DNA from: Candidatus Nomurabacteria bacterium
GTDB lineage: Bacteria; Patescibacteriota; Minisyncoccia; Phycocordibacterales; SBAW01
Reading direction: 5' to 3'
Length of the DNA stretch: 35,200 nt
Assembly: GCA_943355135.1 (NCBI GenBank)
Contig: CALREG010000002.1
Coordinates: forward strand, 1-35,200
The notes under the pieces were generated by a model, which was not told the origin of the DNA, did no database searches, and saw nothing but the letters and a program-made list of their open reading frames with translations. Each line of letters begins with the position of its first letter. The stretch's first letter is position 1. Of this stretch, positions 18,935 through 28,118 are shown in pieces. Position numbers and translations under genes: made by a program.

Positions 18935-20965
18935 TTAGACGGCTACTGCGGGCAGAAATTCTCTGAATACCTCCCTCAGTTCCTTGGTACCAATTGGTTT
19001 CGTAAGATGTTTTGAAAAGCCGGCGGCAAGTGCCTTCTTTTTGTCTTCCAAAAGACCGTACCCCGTGACCGCAACAATAGGTAGCGAGGCACCGCGGGCA
19101 CGCAGCGCCCTAACAACCTCGTACCCGTCCATATGTGGCATACCTATATCAAGCAGGACGATATCAAAATGTGATAAGTTCTGCGCAAGTGCCTCTTTAC
19201 CCGAATAGACCGCTTGCGCATGTGAGCCCATCGCATTAAGCAGCGAAACGAGCGCATCAGCCGCCGGAGCATTGTCATCAACTACAAGCACACGTTTTGC
19301 AAGACTTCCGATACTCCCATGCGATCCGGGCTCCGATGCAAAGCTGAGAACGTCTGTTATAGGAAGTTTGATAATAAACTCACTCCCCTTGCCTCTGCCC
19401 TCGCTCTTTGCCTCAATGGTGCCGTTATGCAATTCCACTATTTTCTGCACAAGCGAGAGTCCGATGCCTAGCCCACTCGCATTAGCACTGTCGCGCCCTT
19501 GGTAATAAATTTCGAAGATACTGGGGAGATCTTCGGGATGGATGCCTTCGCCGCTGTCACGAATTTTGACAACAGCGCGGTCACCCTCTTTTGAAAGTTC
19601 TACCCAAATGGAGCCTCCCGAAGGGGTAAATTTGACCGCGTTGTTCATCAGGTTGGTGATGGCCTGCTCAAGCCGCAGGTCATCGGCCCAGACAGGAAGC
19701 GAGGTGCTCGGGTAGGTAAAGTGGAGTGTGATGTCGGACGTCCGGAGCAACGCGTCGCTGGCTTTAAGCGACCGCTCCACGAGCTTACGCAGCTCTAACG
19801 TAAGCGGCACGATTTCGATTTTGGCCTGCGTAAAGCGGGTGACGTCTAAGAGGTCGCCCAGCAATTTTGTAAGGTGCTCGAACTGGTACTCTATGTTGTC
19901 GAGATGCTCACGCACATCGGTCGTAGTCTCACACAGCTTAAGAAGTTCGAGCGAACTTTTGATAGGTGCAAGCGGGTTGCGCAGCTCGTGCGAGAGCGAG
20001 GCAAGAAATAGATCTTTTGCTTTGTCGCGTTTTGATATTTCTTCGTCGAGACGGCCGTTGTCGAGCACGATGCCGAGGTCGTTGCAAAACTCGCGAAAGA
20101 ATTCGGAATCGTCTTGTGTGTATACACGGCCCGACTCTGCATAGCCGAGCGTCAGCGCACCGAGCACCTTGCTGTGCGCAAAGATAGGAATAATCATGAG
20201 CGACTTCAGCCCCAAGCGCTGCATCGCTTCCAAATGCTCGGGCGAACGAGCACCCTGCCGCGTGGTCTCATCGGTCACCACGGGCACCAACTGCGCGTCG
20301 CCTGTGCGTATGACCGCGTAGAGGTCGCTGGAATTCTTTTCTGTTGTGGGAAAACGTTTTTCGAATTCAAAGAGATAGTCGGTCATCTTTTGGTCCTGAT
20401 GTATGACCGCAATGCGCTCAAGGCCACCACTCTCGTTGAGGACGTCGATGGCGCACCAGTCGGCAAGCGTCGGTACAGTTAGCTTTGCCTTTTCTAGAAG
20501 CCAAGTGCGAAAGTCTACCTTGGTCGAAAGGATCTTGGCCGATGCAAGCATAAACCGGAGCCGATCTTCGCTGGAGTTGACGCTCGAGACATCGTGCGCG
20601 GTTTTGATGACATACTGCAAAACACCGTCTTTATCCCGAATAACAATGCACGAAATCGAGAGCCATTGATGCTTACCTTTTGGGTCGACGTAGGTGTACG
20701 GCTCATTGTGGGTCTCTTCGCCCTCAAAAGCTCGGTAGATAGAGCGATTCTCCACTTGCAGCGGCGACGATGTATTGGCGCGCAAACGGTGTTTTTTGGC
20801 TATATGTTCGTGGGAGGTACCTACATCGTCTTGGTCGTCACCAGTTACGGTGGCCATAGCCGAGTTTAGATACAGGAGGTTATGGTCAGCTCCAAATATA
20901 GACACGCCCTCGTCGAAAGACTCCAGCATTGCGCTGAGTGCCTTACCTTTTGTGAAGTTGAGCAT
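18935..20965 (-). CDS. Hybrid sensor histidine kinase (PAS-GAF-HisKA-HATPase-receiver)
   Basis: 676 aa with H-box LASLSHELRNPL, N/G boxes (NLMNNAVKFT, DSGEGI, GLGIGL), and a C-terminal receiver (VLVVDDN...DIGMPHMDG...K). Confidence 0.9.
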   Translation of the reverse strand: MLNFTKGKALSAMLESFDEGVSIFGADHNLLYLNSAMATVTGDDQDDVGTSHEHIAKKHRLRANTSSPLQVENRSIYRAFEGEETHNEPYTYVDPKGKHQWLSISCIVIRDKDGVLQYVIKTAHDVSSVNSSEDRLRFMLASAKILSTKVDFRTWLLEKAKLTVPTLADWCAIDVLNESGGLERIAVIHQDQKMTDYLFEFEKRFPTTEKNSSDLYAVIRTGDAQLVPVVTDETTRQGARSPEHLEAMQRLGLKSLMIIPIFAHSKVLGALTLGYAESGRVYTQDDSEFFREFCNDLGIVLDNGRLDEEISKRDKAKDLFLASLSHELRNPLAPIKSSLELLKLCETTTDVREHLDNIEYQFEHLTKLLGDLLDVTRFTQAKIEIVPLTLELRKLVERSLKASDALLRTSDITLHFTYPSTSLPVWADDLRLEQAITNLMNNAVKFTPSGGSIWVELSKEGDRAVVKIRDSGEGIHPEDLPSIFEIYYQGRDSANASGLGIGLSLVQKIVELHNGTIEAKSEGRGKGSEFIIKLPITDVLSFASEPGSHGSIGSLAKRVLVVDDNAPAADALVSLLNAMGSHAQAVYSGKEALAQNLSHFDIVLLDIGMPHMDGYEVVRALRARGASLPIVAVTGYGLLEDKKKALAAGFSKHLTKPIGTKELREVFREFLPAVAV

Positions 20966-21060
20966 GTAGAGAATTCATATGGTTTAGTCCCGTAGTAGCA
21001 GTAGTCAGAACGAACTATGACACTCTTATAATGAAGAAATGATGAGGGGGGAGGTTTCTA

Positions 21061-21090
21061 AAAGAAAAGACCCCTTGCGGGGTTTATTTT
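21061..21090. terminator. Hairpin terminator (usable on both strands)
   Basis: AAAAGAAAAG ACCCC TTGC GGGGT TTATTTT. Confidence 0.55.
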
Positions 21091-21189
21091 CAAGATGCGG
21101 TGTGTTGGCGATTCAACCTTTGGTGTCCAACTCCCGTAAGGCTATCCTAGCGCCTTCCTGGCGACTCAGCCGAGGTCTCGGCGTAGGTC

Positions 21190-21231
21190 AATAAAAATAA
21201 AAACTCGGCCGCGCTTTCGCTAACGGCCGAG
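21190..21231 (-). terminator. Rho-independent terminator after ORF 21238..21651
   Basis: Minus strand CTCGGCCG-loop-CGGCCGAG followed by TTTTTATTTTTATT. Confidence 0.65.
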
Positions 21232-21237
21232 CATTGT

Positions 21238-21651
21238 TCAACTCCCGAACCTCTTGATGTCCCAAACCTTTGTGCAAATGAAACAGCTATGCGGCCGGGG
21301 ATCTCTGTTGTGTCCCCAGACCTCATTTGCATAAGCGTGGGGCTGCATGCGTTGGACGGGAGTCGCTGAATAAGTTGGTGGACAGAGATAGAACCAGCCG
21401 TTGTGGATCGTCAGCACCCGATAGGGCTGACCGATCCACTCGAGTTTTTGATGCTCTTTTGCGGCAACGTAGGGCTCGTAATAGATGTCTCCGCCTTTTC
21501 CGACTTTCTTCCACCCCCTACCATCCCCGATGAGCACGTCCACTGCGTCATCGGAGCTAATACCTGCAACATCGATCAGCGTGTCAACGCGTATCATGTC
21601 GATGGCGGGTTCCAGGTTCATTCCGGTGTGCAGATGCAGAGCAAAACTCAT
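21238..21651 (-). CDS. Hypothetical protein (137 aa), no recognisable family
   Basis: Strong SD GGAGGAGGAG upstream, with its own -10-like box and terminator. Confidence 0.6.
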   Translation of the reverse strand: MSFALHLHTGMNLEPAIDMIRVDTLIDVAGISSDDAVDVLIGDGRGWKKVGKGGDIYYEPYVAAKEHQKLEWIGQPYRVLTIHNGWFYLCPPTYSATPVQRMQPHAYANEVWGHNRDPRPHSCFICTKVWDIKRFGS

Positions 21652-21761
21652 CCTGAACTCCTCCTCCGGGTTCTAATTGAACTTTACCATACTTATTCTA
21701 AAAAGTAAAATAACTCCGTTGATTAGAGTGTCGGCATAGGTCCGATAAGAAAAAACACGAG

Positions 21762-21848
21762 CGGAGGCGGAAGGATTCGAACCTTCGGGCCGGTTTCCCA
21801 GCCAACACATTAGCAGTGTGTTGCTTTAGACCGCTCAGCCACGCCTCC
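21762..21848 (-). tRNA. tRNA-Ser(GCU)
   Basis: Reverse complement is GGAGGCGTGGCTGAGCGGTCTAAAGCAACACACTGCTAATGTGTTGGCTGGGAAACCGGCCCGAAGGTTCGAATCCTTCCGCCTCCG. Long variable arm, anticodon loop CUGCUAA, no CCA. Confidence 0.9.
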
Positions 21849-21908
21849 GTTTTTTGCCTAGCGAGCCTTATAGATATACCACTTTTACCCTCTATAATAA
21901 AGAAAGGT

Positions 21909-22226
21909 ATGAAACTGCATCATCACTACGCCGTGCGCAAGCGCCTCGAGCCCTTCCCCTCCTCGCACCTATGGCTGCGCCTACTCGACCGCTTGGTATA
22001 CGTCGTCGGTGTTATCGGGCCGGTGATGACGCTCCCGCAGATATATCTTATTTTCAGTACACACAATGCGAGCGGCGTTTCGGCTGTCTCGTGGCTCGCG
22101 TGGGCCATTTTAGATATCCCGTGGATACTCTATGGCCTCGCGCATAAAGAGCGGCCCATAGTGCTCACCTACTTCTTGTGGCTAGTGTGCAACCTCGTCG
22201 TCTTTGTTGGTGCCATCCTTTATTAA
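21909..22226 (+). CDS. PQ-loop / SemiSWEET-like small membrane protein
   Basis: 105 aa from the ATG at 21909; the upstream part of the ORF overlaps the tRNA. Three TM helices and the motif TLPQIYLIF. Confidence 0.55.
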   Translation: MKLHHHYAVRKRLEPFPSSHLWLRLLDRLVYVVGVIGPVMTLPQIYLIFSTHNASGVSAVSWLAWAILDIPWILYGLAHKERPIVLTYFLWLVCNLVVFVGAILY

Positions 22227-22943
22227 GCCAGCATTGAGCCCGCGTTCTTTGAGCTCTTCGATGAGCTCTCTTTTTTCGCGCAGGGACTCGCGAAGCGATT
22301 TGCGCTTCTCAAATTTATTTTCTGACTCTACTTTTTCTTTCTCCGAACTGGTAGCGACTTCCGGCGCCGCAAACGTAGTCACCATCATCGTGCGGGCAGT
22401 TGGAGCATTTTTGGCAGCGCGCTCAGGAGCCGGAGCCATCATCGTAGCCTCAACCGCTACATCCGCCACAGTCTGATCCTCCTCTTCGGGCTCGGCGAGT
22501 GCTATTGCTTGTGCGGCATGCGCATCAAAGTCGGCCGAAAGAGTGTCGGCAGTTTTTGCATCAAATTTGCCTTGAGCCGAAAGGGTCTTTGCTTCAGCAA
22601 CGCGGCGTTCTGCAAGCTTGACCTCCACTACCGATTTTGCGGCAGCATCGGGCGCAAGCGCCACTTCTACCTTTTCGTTTATAGAAATTTTTACTGGATA
22701 CAGCACATCGCCCGGCAGTGCGCCCTGCGCCGCCGCAGATACTCCTCCCCCGCCGGCGATTACAAAAAACAAAAGTCCCGCCATACTCATACGGAATTGA
22801 TGCGAGAAAAAGAAGTACGGGCTCTGTGCCACAGGCACGGGGCTAGCCACACCAAAAACAGTGGCTTTCATGGCAGAGCGCTCCACAATGCTCATGTGGA
22901 TATGCGAAGCCTCGTTTTTTATATTGTTGAGAAATTTTTTCAT
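22182..22943 (-). CDS. Putative anti-sigma factor (single TM, DUF5667-like PGDVLYPVK segment)
   Basis: Sits directly downstream of the ECF sigma gene. One TM (LLFFVIAGGGGVSAAA) and an Ala/Glu-rich extracytoplasmic part. Confidence 0.55.
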   Translation of the reverse strand: MKKFLNNIKNEASHIHMSIVERSAMKATVFGVASPVPVAQSPYFFFSHQFRMSMAGLLFFVIAGGGGVSAAAQGALPGDVLYPVKISINEKVEVALAPDAAAKSVVEVKLAERRVAEAKTLSAQGKFDAKTADTLSADFDAHAAQAIALAEPEEEDQTVADVAVEATMMAPAPERAAKNAPTARTMMVTTFAAPEVATSSEKEKVESENKFEKRKSLRESLREKRELIEELKERGLNAGLIKDGTNKDDEVAH

Positions 22944-22956
22944 TGATTTTACGAAA

Positions 22957-23508
22957 TCATGCCGCGTAATCGTCCTTTGAGACGTGGCTTTCGAGCAGCT
23001 CTTTCAGTTTTTTCAGTCCCCTGTGGATGCGTACGCTGACGGCATTTTCTTTCTCCCCCACTATGTCACCTATCTCTTTTGGAGAAAGACCTTCAACATA
23101 GCGCAGGGATATCGCCTCGCGATACCCGTCGGGGAGTTCTTTGAGCGCCGCCATGGCGCGCTTGCCATCAAAACGCTCTATCGCCGCTTCGAGCGTGTTG
23201 CTCTCGTCCGGCGGCAGGAGGTCCTCTACACTGCGGGTATCATCCTCGCCGCCCACCATGGCTTCGAGCGACACCGACTTTTTGCGGCGATACTCGTCGA
23301 TGATGAGGTGACGGAGCGTACGATACAAGAACGGGCGCCACTCCCGCACCTCGCCTCCCTTTTGAGCGTACTCCCAGACCTTCATGAAGCACTCCTGCGT
23401 CAGCTCAAGCGCCTTCTCCCGGTCGGGGAGGCGCATAGACGCATGGCGGAAGAGTTCATCATTATAGGCCTCAAAAGCCGCTTCAAAGTCTTTCTGGAGA
23501 TCCCTCAT
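22957..23508 (-). CDS. ECF-type RNA polymerase sigma-70 factor
   Basis: Region 2 (FLYRTLRHLIIDEYRRKK) and region 4 HTH (LSPKEIGDIVGEKENAVSVRIHRGLKKL). Confidence 0.88.
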   Translation of the reverse strand: MRDLQKDFEAAFEAYNDELFRHASMRLPDREKALELTQECFMKVWEYAQKGGEVREWRPFLYRTLRHLIIDEYRRKKSVSLEAMVGGEDDTRSVEDLLPPDESNTLEAAIERFDGKRAMAALKELPDGYREAISLRYVEGLSPKEIGDIVGEKENAVSVRIHRGLKKLKELLESHVSKDDYAA

Positions 23509-23559
23509 ATACAGACGGTTACACTATAGCCTTTCTTTCAGTATGATACACTCGCTTTT

Positions 23560-24021
23560 ATGAATAAGTGGATACTCGTTGTAGTGGGCGCTGCAGTAGT
23601 AGGTGCCGCCGGCTTTTTCTATTTCTCACCGCAAGAACCCGCACCCGTATATCAAGAGCAGGAGGAAGCGCCTGGCATGGGTGTCGTCGGAGCCGCAGAG
23701 GACGACACTGACCCGTTTGATATAGAGACCGTCTTCGATGGCGAAAAGTTTACTCCGTCGGAACTGACGATTAAAAAAGGTACGCGAGTACGATTTTACA
23801 ACGGCTCTACCATCGGCATCTGGCCCGCGTCCGGAGTCCACCCCACCCACACACTGTATCCGGAAAAGCAGTCTACCGATTGTTTAGGAAGTTCCTTTGA
23901 TTCCTGCGGCAACCTAAACCCCGGGGACTTTTTTGACTTCACCTTCAACTACACAGGTCAGTGGCGCTATCACGACCATAGCCACGCGTACTACACCGGC
24001 GTGATTACGGTTACCGAATAG
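23560..24021 (+). CDS. Membrane-anchored cupredoxin-like protein
   Basis: N-terminal TM, then FTPSELTIKKGTRVRFYNGS ... HDHSH ... GVITV, which resembles a plastocyanin/EfeO-type cupredoxin fold. Confidence 0.5.
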   Translation: MNKWILVVVGAAVVGAAGFFYFSPQEPAPVYQEQEEAPGMGVVGAAEDDTDPFDIETVFDGEKFTPSELTIKKGTRVRFYNGSTIGIWPASGVHPTHTLYPEKQSTDCLGSSFDSCGNLNPGDFFDFTFNYTGQWRYHDHSHAYYTGVITVTE

Positions 24022-25159
24022 CTTTAGCCACCGCTTGCGCGACGCCTTTGTCGAACGGTCCAGGGACTACGCGCTCGGCGGTTGGTCTTTTTACCAGCGC
24101 GGCGAGATTTTTGGCCGCTTTAATTTTCATTGCATCAGTAATTTGACGCACGCGGTTGTCCAAAGCCCCGCGGAAGATGCCGGGGAATGCGAGGGAGTTG
24201 TTGATTTGATTGGGAAAGTCGGAGCGCCCCGTACCCACCACTGCCGCACCTGCCGCACGAGCGACATCGGGCATAATTTCGGGCGTCGGGTTTGCCATGG
24301 CAAAAATAATCGACTTTGGCGCCATCGTTTTGACCATTGCTGCAGTCAAAACACCGGGTTTTGAAACACCGACAAACACATCAGCGCCCACCAGAGCATC
24401 GGCAAGACTCCCGCCTTTTGTGGCCACAATAACGCCATCTTTAAGAAGTTTTTGTTTTGTTGTATTCAACTCCTTCCTCCCCTTCCAGACCACGCCCTCG
24501 CTATCAATCGCAACAATGTCAGCATGAGGCGCCCACTGTTTGATGAGCTTCATCACCGCAACCCCCGCTGCACCCACACCGCTCACCACAATCTTGAGCC
24601 CTTTCGGATTTTTCTTGACCACTTTGAGTGCATTGATGAGCGCCGCAAGTACCACCACCGCGGTGCCGTGCTGGTCGTCGTGCATCACGGGGATGTCGAG
24701 ACGTTTTTTCAACTCCTCTTCTATATAAAAGCACTTTGGTGCGGCGATATCCTCTAAGTTGATGCCGCCGAATACCGGAGCAATTGCCATCACCACCTCG
24801 ATTATCTTGTCTGGGTCTTGGGTGTCGAGCACTATGGGGAATGCATCTACATCGGCAAAAGTTTTAAACAGCGCGCACTTCCCCTCCATCACTGGCAACG
24901 CGCCATAAGGGCCGATGTTGCCGAGGCCGAGCACCGCCGAGCCGTCAGATATGACCGCGATCATCTTGCCTTTGATTGTGTAGTCGCGCGTAAGATTTTT
25001 ATGTTTGGCCAAGAGCGAGGAGACTGCCGCAACCCCCGGCGTATAGACGAGCGAGAGTTCTGCACGGCTCTTTATCTGCATGGCACCTTGTATGCGGATT
25101 TTGCCCCCGAGTTTTTTATGCAGCGCAACAGCCTCTTTATTTACATCTTTTTTGGACAT
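24011..25159 (-). CDS. NAD(P)-dependent malic enzyme (short form)
   Basis: 382 aa starting ALHKKLGGKIRIQ. Contains VYTPGVA, DGSAVLGLGNIG and VSGVGAAGVA Rossmann motifs. Confidence 0.88.
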   Translation of the reverse strand: MSKKDVNKEAVALHKKLGGKIRIQGAMQIKSRAELSLVYTPGVAAVSSLLAKHKNLTRDYTIKGKMIAVISDGSAVLGLGNIGPYGALPVMEGKCALFKTFADVDAFPIVLDTQDPDKIIEVVMAIAPVFGGINLEDIAAPKCFYIEEELKKRLDIPVMHDDQHGTAVVVLAALINALKVVKKNPKGLKIVVSGVGAAGVAVMKLIKQWAPHADIVAIDSEGVVWKGRKELNTTKQKLLKDGVIVATKGGSLADALVGADVFVGVSKPGVLTAAMVKTMAPKSIIFAMANPTPEIMPDVARAAGAAVVGTGRSDFPNQINNSLAFPGIFRGALDNRVRQITDAMKIKAAKNLAALVKRPTAERVVPGPFDKGVAQAVAKAIR

Positions 25160-25166
25160 GGGGCAA

Positions 25167-25172
25167 AGTATA
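25167..25172 (-). promoter_or_regulatory. -10 box TATACT, 7 nt upstream of ATG 25159
   Basis: Minus strand reads GATATATACTttgccccATG. Confidence 0.5.
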
Positions 25173-25175
25173 TAT

Positions 25176-25209
25176 CAAAAGAAAAAGCCCGCCTATGTAA
25201 GCGGGCTTT
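25176..25209 (-). terminator. Rho-independent terminator of the GtrA-like gene
   Basis: Minus strand AAAGCCCGC-loop-GCGGGCTTT followed by TTCTTTTG. The stop codon lies in the loop. Confidence 0.6.
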
Positions 25210-25591
25210 GCCATGGGGCTCGACCTGTAAATATCCAGCGCTTCATTACAAAGCTCCAGACTGGCACAAGCACAAGTACCGCGACTCCCCAATCCTGCTC
25301 GACCAGGACCGCAAGGGCTGCAAGCAACCGTAGCCCCAGGTTTGGAGACTTGAGCAACAAGAAGGTTATTGCTTGCTGTCGCGGCGGCGTCATACCAACA
25401 CCAAAGGTGATATGCCGATGTCCAAAGAAACTGAGTGGGTAGCCGAGTACCGCGCCCGCGAGTGCTGCAGTGAGAGCCTGCCCGCGACCATAGTGATACA
25501 GTACAAAACTTACTGTCAAAACATCGACGACTCCCGCACACATCCCAACTGGGACAAAGCGCAAGAAGCGGTATGCATCGATTTTGAACAT
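25193..25591 (-). CDS. GtrA-like membrane protein
   Basis: 132 aa with four TM segments. RFLRFVPVGMCAGVVD and FFGHRHITF resemble GtrA family patterns. Confidence 0.6.
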   Translation of the reverse strand: MFKIDAYRFLRFVPVGMCAGVVDVLTVSFVLYHYGRGQALTAALAGAVLGYPLSFFGHRHITFGVGMTPPRQQAITFLLLKSPNLGLRLLAALAVLVEQDWGVAVLVLVPVWSFVMKRWIFTGRAPWQSPLT

Positions 25592-25619
25592 CTGCCCTTT
25601 CTCCCTTCTCCGCCTGTAT

Positions 25620-25628
25620 TGGTATACT
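25620..25628 (+). promoter_or_regulatory. Extended -10 TGGTATACT, 6 nt upstream of ATG 25635
   Basis: TGGTATACTcagcccATG. Confidence 0.5.
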
Positions 25629-25634
25629 CAGCCC

Positions 25635-27806
25635 ATGCTTCTGTCAAACAGCCTGACCGAACACTTTCGCCTGACAGACCAACAAAAGTCGGCGCTCAAC
25701 AAGCTTGGTATCAAAACTTTGCGCGACCTTTTGTACCACTTCCCCTCGCGCTACGACATCGCCGGCGGCGAGGCGACCATCACCGGACTAATGAGCGGGC
25801 AAGAAGCGGCTATCATCGGCACACTGGAGAAGTTGGAGGCAAAAAAGTCGTGGAAGTCGCGCGTCCCCATGACCGAAGGATATTTACAAGACGCGACGGG
25901 CAAAATAAAACTGCGATGGTTCAACCAGCCATATATTGCCAAGATGTACGCCAGCGGCACACTCGTGCGCGCGGTGGGCAAAGTAACGGGGAGCGAGGGC
26001 AAGTTGTATTTGGCAAATCCGCAGCTCCAGAAAATTTCTGCCACAGAAGCTGGGTTGTTTGCTTCTCAGAAAAGTCCTGAAAAAAAGGAGGCGGACTTTT
26101 CTGCCATATCCGACCTCTTTGCTGTCTATCCAGAGAGCAGCGGAGTAACCTCGCTTTGGTTCCGCAGTGCAGTAAAGAAAGTTTTTGACGCTGGTGTGCT
26201 TGATAACTCAGAGGACGCTATCCCGGCACCACTTCTTAAAAAATATAATCTCCCTACCTTGCGCACCGCGCTCATTTGGGTGCATCAGCCCAAGGAGGCT
26301 AAGCAAGCCGACGCTGCGCGCAAGCGCTTTGCATTTGAGGAAGTGTTTATGATCCAACTGGAGCGTCAGCGCGAGCGCGTCCTGCAATCAAAAGAAAAAA
26401 GTTTTTCTATCGAAGCAACACATAAAGATATTGCTGAGTTTATGGCGGAATTTCCGTTCGAAGCGACCGCCGCGCAAAAAAAAGCAGTCGAAGCAATCCT
26501 CGGCGACATGCGCGCGGGGCACCCGATGTCGCGCCTGCTCGAGGGTGATGTTGGCTCGGGCAAGACGGCCGTCGCTGCAGTTGCAGCATATGCAGCGGTA
26601 CATACGCGGCCGCCATCACAAAGTTTTGGCACACTCCAAGTGGCGTACATGGCGCCGACCGAAATTTTGGCCAAGCAACATTTTGAGTCATTCATCAAAT
26701 TTTTTACTCACTTCCCTATCAACATCGGGCTCATCACCGGCTCGGGGTGCTACAAATTCCCCTCCAAGGTATCCGGCGGGGTCACCAACATCTCCCGCAC
26801 GCAACTTTTAAAATGGGTTGCAAATGGCGAAATCCCCGTACTCATCGGCACGCACGCGCTGATTGAAAAGGCGGTGCAGTTTAAGCACCTCGCGCTTGTG
26901 GTCATCGACGAGCAGCATCGTTTTGGCACCAACCAGCGTCGCAAGCTAGCAAAGAAAGACAAGCAACTCCCCCATTTGCTTAGTATGACCGCCACGCCCA
27001 TCCCGCGCACGCTGGCGCTCACTATATATGGAGACCTCGACCTGACCCTGCTTGATGAGATGCCACCAGGGCGTAAGCGGATTATTACGCAGATAGTAAA
27101 GCCCACAGAACGTAAGGCGGCGTACGAACACATGCGCAAAGAATTAGAAACGGGACAACAAGCCTATGTGATATGCCCGCGGATTGATGAGCCAGACCCT
27201 GATAAGGCGTTTGCTCTGCAAGCCAAGTCCGTCAAAGCCGAGGCAAAACGACTTAAAAAAGATATCTTCCCTGAATACGAAATTGATATCCTCCACTCCA
27301 AAATGACGCCGAAGGAGAAGGATGATGTGATGGCGCAGTTTTCCAATCACGAAATAGATATATTAGTCGCCACCTCGGTGGTCGAAGTGGGCGTCAATGT
27401 ACCCAACGCAACACTGATTATGATAGAAGGTGCGGAGCGCTTTGGCCTCTCGCAGCTGCACCAGCTGCGCGGGCGCGTCGTGCGTTCAAACCATCAGGCA
27501 TATTGTTTTGTGGTGCCCGAGAGTAAAGGCGAGTCGACTATGGCGCGACTTAAAGCGCTTGTTACTGCCAAAAACGGATTCGAACTCGCCGAGCAAGACC
27601 TACTGCAACGCGGACCGGGCGAGTTGAGTGGGCGCAAGCAGTGGGGTATCTCGGACATTGGTATGGAAGCGCTTAAAAATTTGAAACTGGTAGAAGCCGC
27701 GCGCACCGAGGCGCTCGCGCTCATTAAAAAAGACGAGACTCTCGCCGCCTATCCACTGCTCTCACAACTAGTAGATGAGCGTGCGCGACAGACACACTTG
27801 GAATAG
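25635..27806 (+). CDS. recG: ATP-dependent DNA helicase RecG
   Basis: Wedge/OB N-domain, Walker A GDVGSGKT, DEQHRFG and QLRGRVVR motifs. The ORF is open from 25584, but ATG 25635 fits the promoter. Confidence 0.92.
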   Translation: MLLSNSLTEHFRLTDQQKSALNKLGIKTLRDLLYHFPSRYDIAGGEATITGLMSGQEAAIIGTLEKLEAKKSWKSRVPMTEGYLQDATGKIKLRWFNQPYIAKMYASGTLVRAVGKVTGSEGKLYLANPQLQKISATEAGLFASQKSPEKKEADFSAISDLFAVYPESSGVTSLWFRSAVKKVFDAGVLDNSEDAIPAPLLKKYNLPTLRTALIWVHQPKEAKQADAARKRFAFEEVFMIQLERQRERVLQSKEKSFSIEATHKDIAEFMAEFPFEATAAQKKAVEAILGDMRAGHPMSRLLEGDVGSGKTAVAAVAAYAAVHTRPPSQSFGTLQVAYMAPTEILAKQHFESFIKFFTHFPINIGLITGSGCYKFPSKVSGGVTNISRTQLLKWVANGEIPVLIGTHALIEKAVQFKHLALVVIDEQHRFGTNQRRKLAKKDKQLPHLLSMTATPIPRTLALTIYGDLDLTLLDEMPPGRKRIITQIVKPTERKAAYEHMRKELETGQQAYVICPRIDEPDPDKAFALQAKSVKAEAKRLKKDIFPEYEIDILHSKMTPKEKDDVMAQFSNHEIDILVATSVVEVGVNVPNATLIMIEGAERFGLSQLHQLRGRVVRSNHQAYCFVVPESKGESTMARLKALVTAKNGFELAEQDLLQRGPGELSGRKQWGISDIGMEALKNLKLVEAARTEALALIKKDETLAAYPLLSQLVDERARQTHLE

Positions 27807-27811
27807 TTTTG

Positions 27812-27883
27812 TGGGCGCGGAGGGACTCGAACCCCCAACCACGGATGTATAAGATCCGGGCTCTACCATTGAGCTACGCGCCC
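27812..27883 (-). tRNA. tRNA-Ile(UAU)
   Basis: Reverse complement is GGGCGCGTAGCTCAATGGTAGAGCCCGGATCTTATACATCCGTGGTTGGGGGTTCGAGTCCCTCCGCGCCCA. Anticodon stem CGGAT/ATCCG, loop CUUAUAC, discriminator A, no CCA. Confidence 0.85.
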
Positions 27884-28118
27884 ACCAGCTACTTTACTGT
27901 AGAATCTCCGATTTTAAAACATCTATCGTCATCATGATTTTTTCGTACAAATCACGATTATGAACCCAGATCGAACAGGTGCCTTGGCCAAATCTGCCTT
28001 TATAATTTCTGCGCTTATTGATTGCACCATTTGAAGGTTCGGTTATCCACATCTCTACCCGAAACCGCCTCAGCGTGCTACCATCGCGCAAGATTTACCG
28101 TTCAATAGGAGGAAGGCA

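Noticed and set aside
21091-21200. Possibility that the inter-terminator segment is SRP (4.5S) or 6S RNA
   Set aside because: I could not find the conserved SRP helix-8 signature (GGAA tetraloop flanked by AGGUCAGG / AGCAGC-type loops). The segment is too short for 6S RNA. It is kept only as an unclassified sRNA candidate.
22182-22226. 45-nt convergent overlap of the PQ-loop gene and the anti-sigma gene as an antisense regulatory device
   Set aside because: Short convergent overlaps are common in compact genomes. There is no extra structure or motif to support a special role.
27894-28091. 65-aa ORF between tRNA-Ile and pyrB
   Set aside because: It has a TTG start, no SD or -10 support and no recognisable motif. 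It would run into the tRNA promoter, so it is most likely non-coding spacer.
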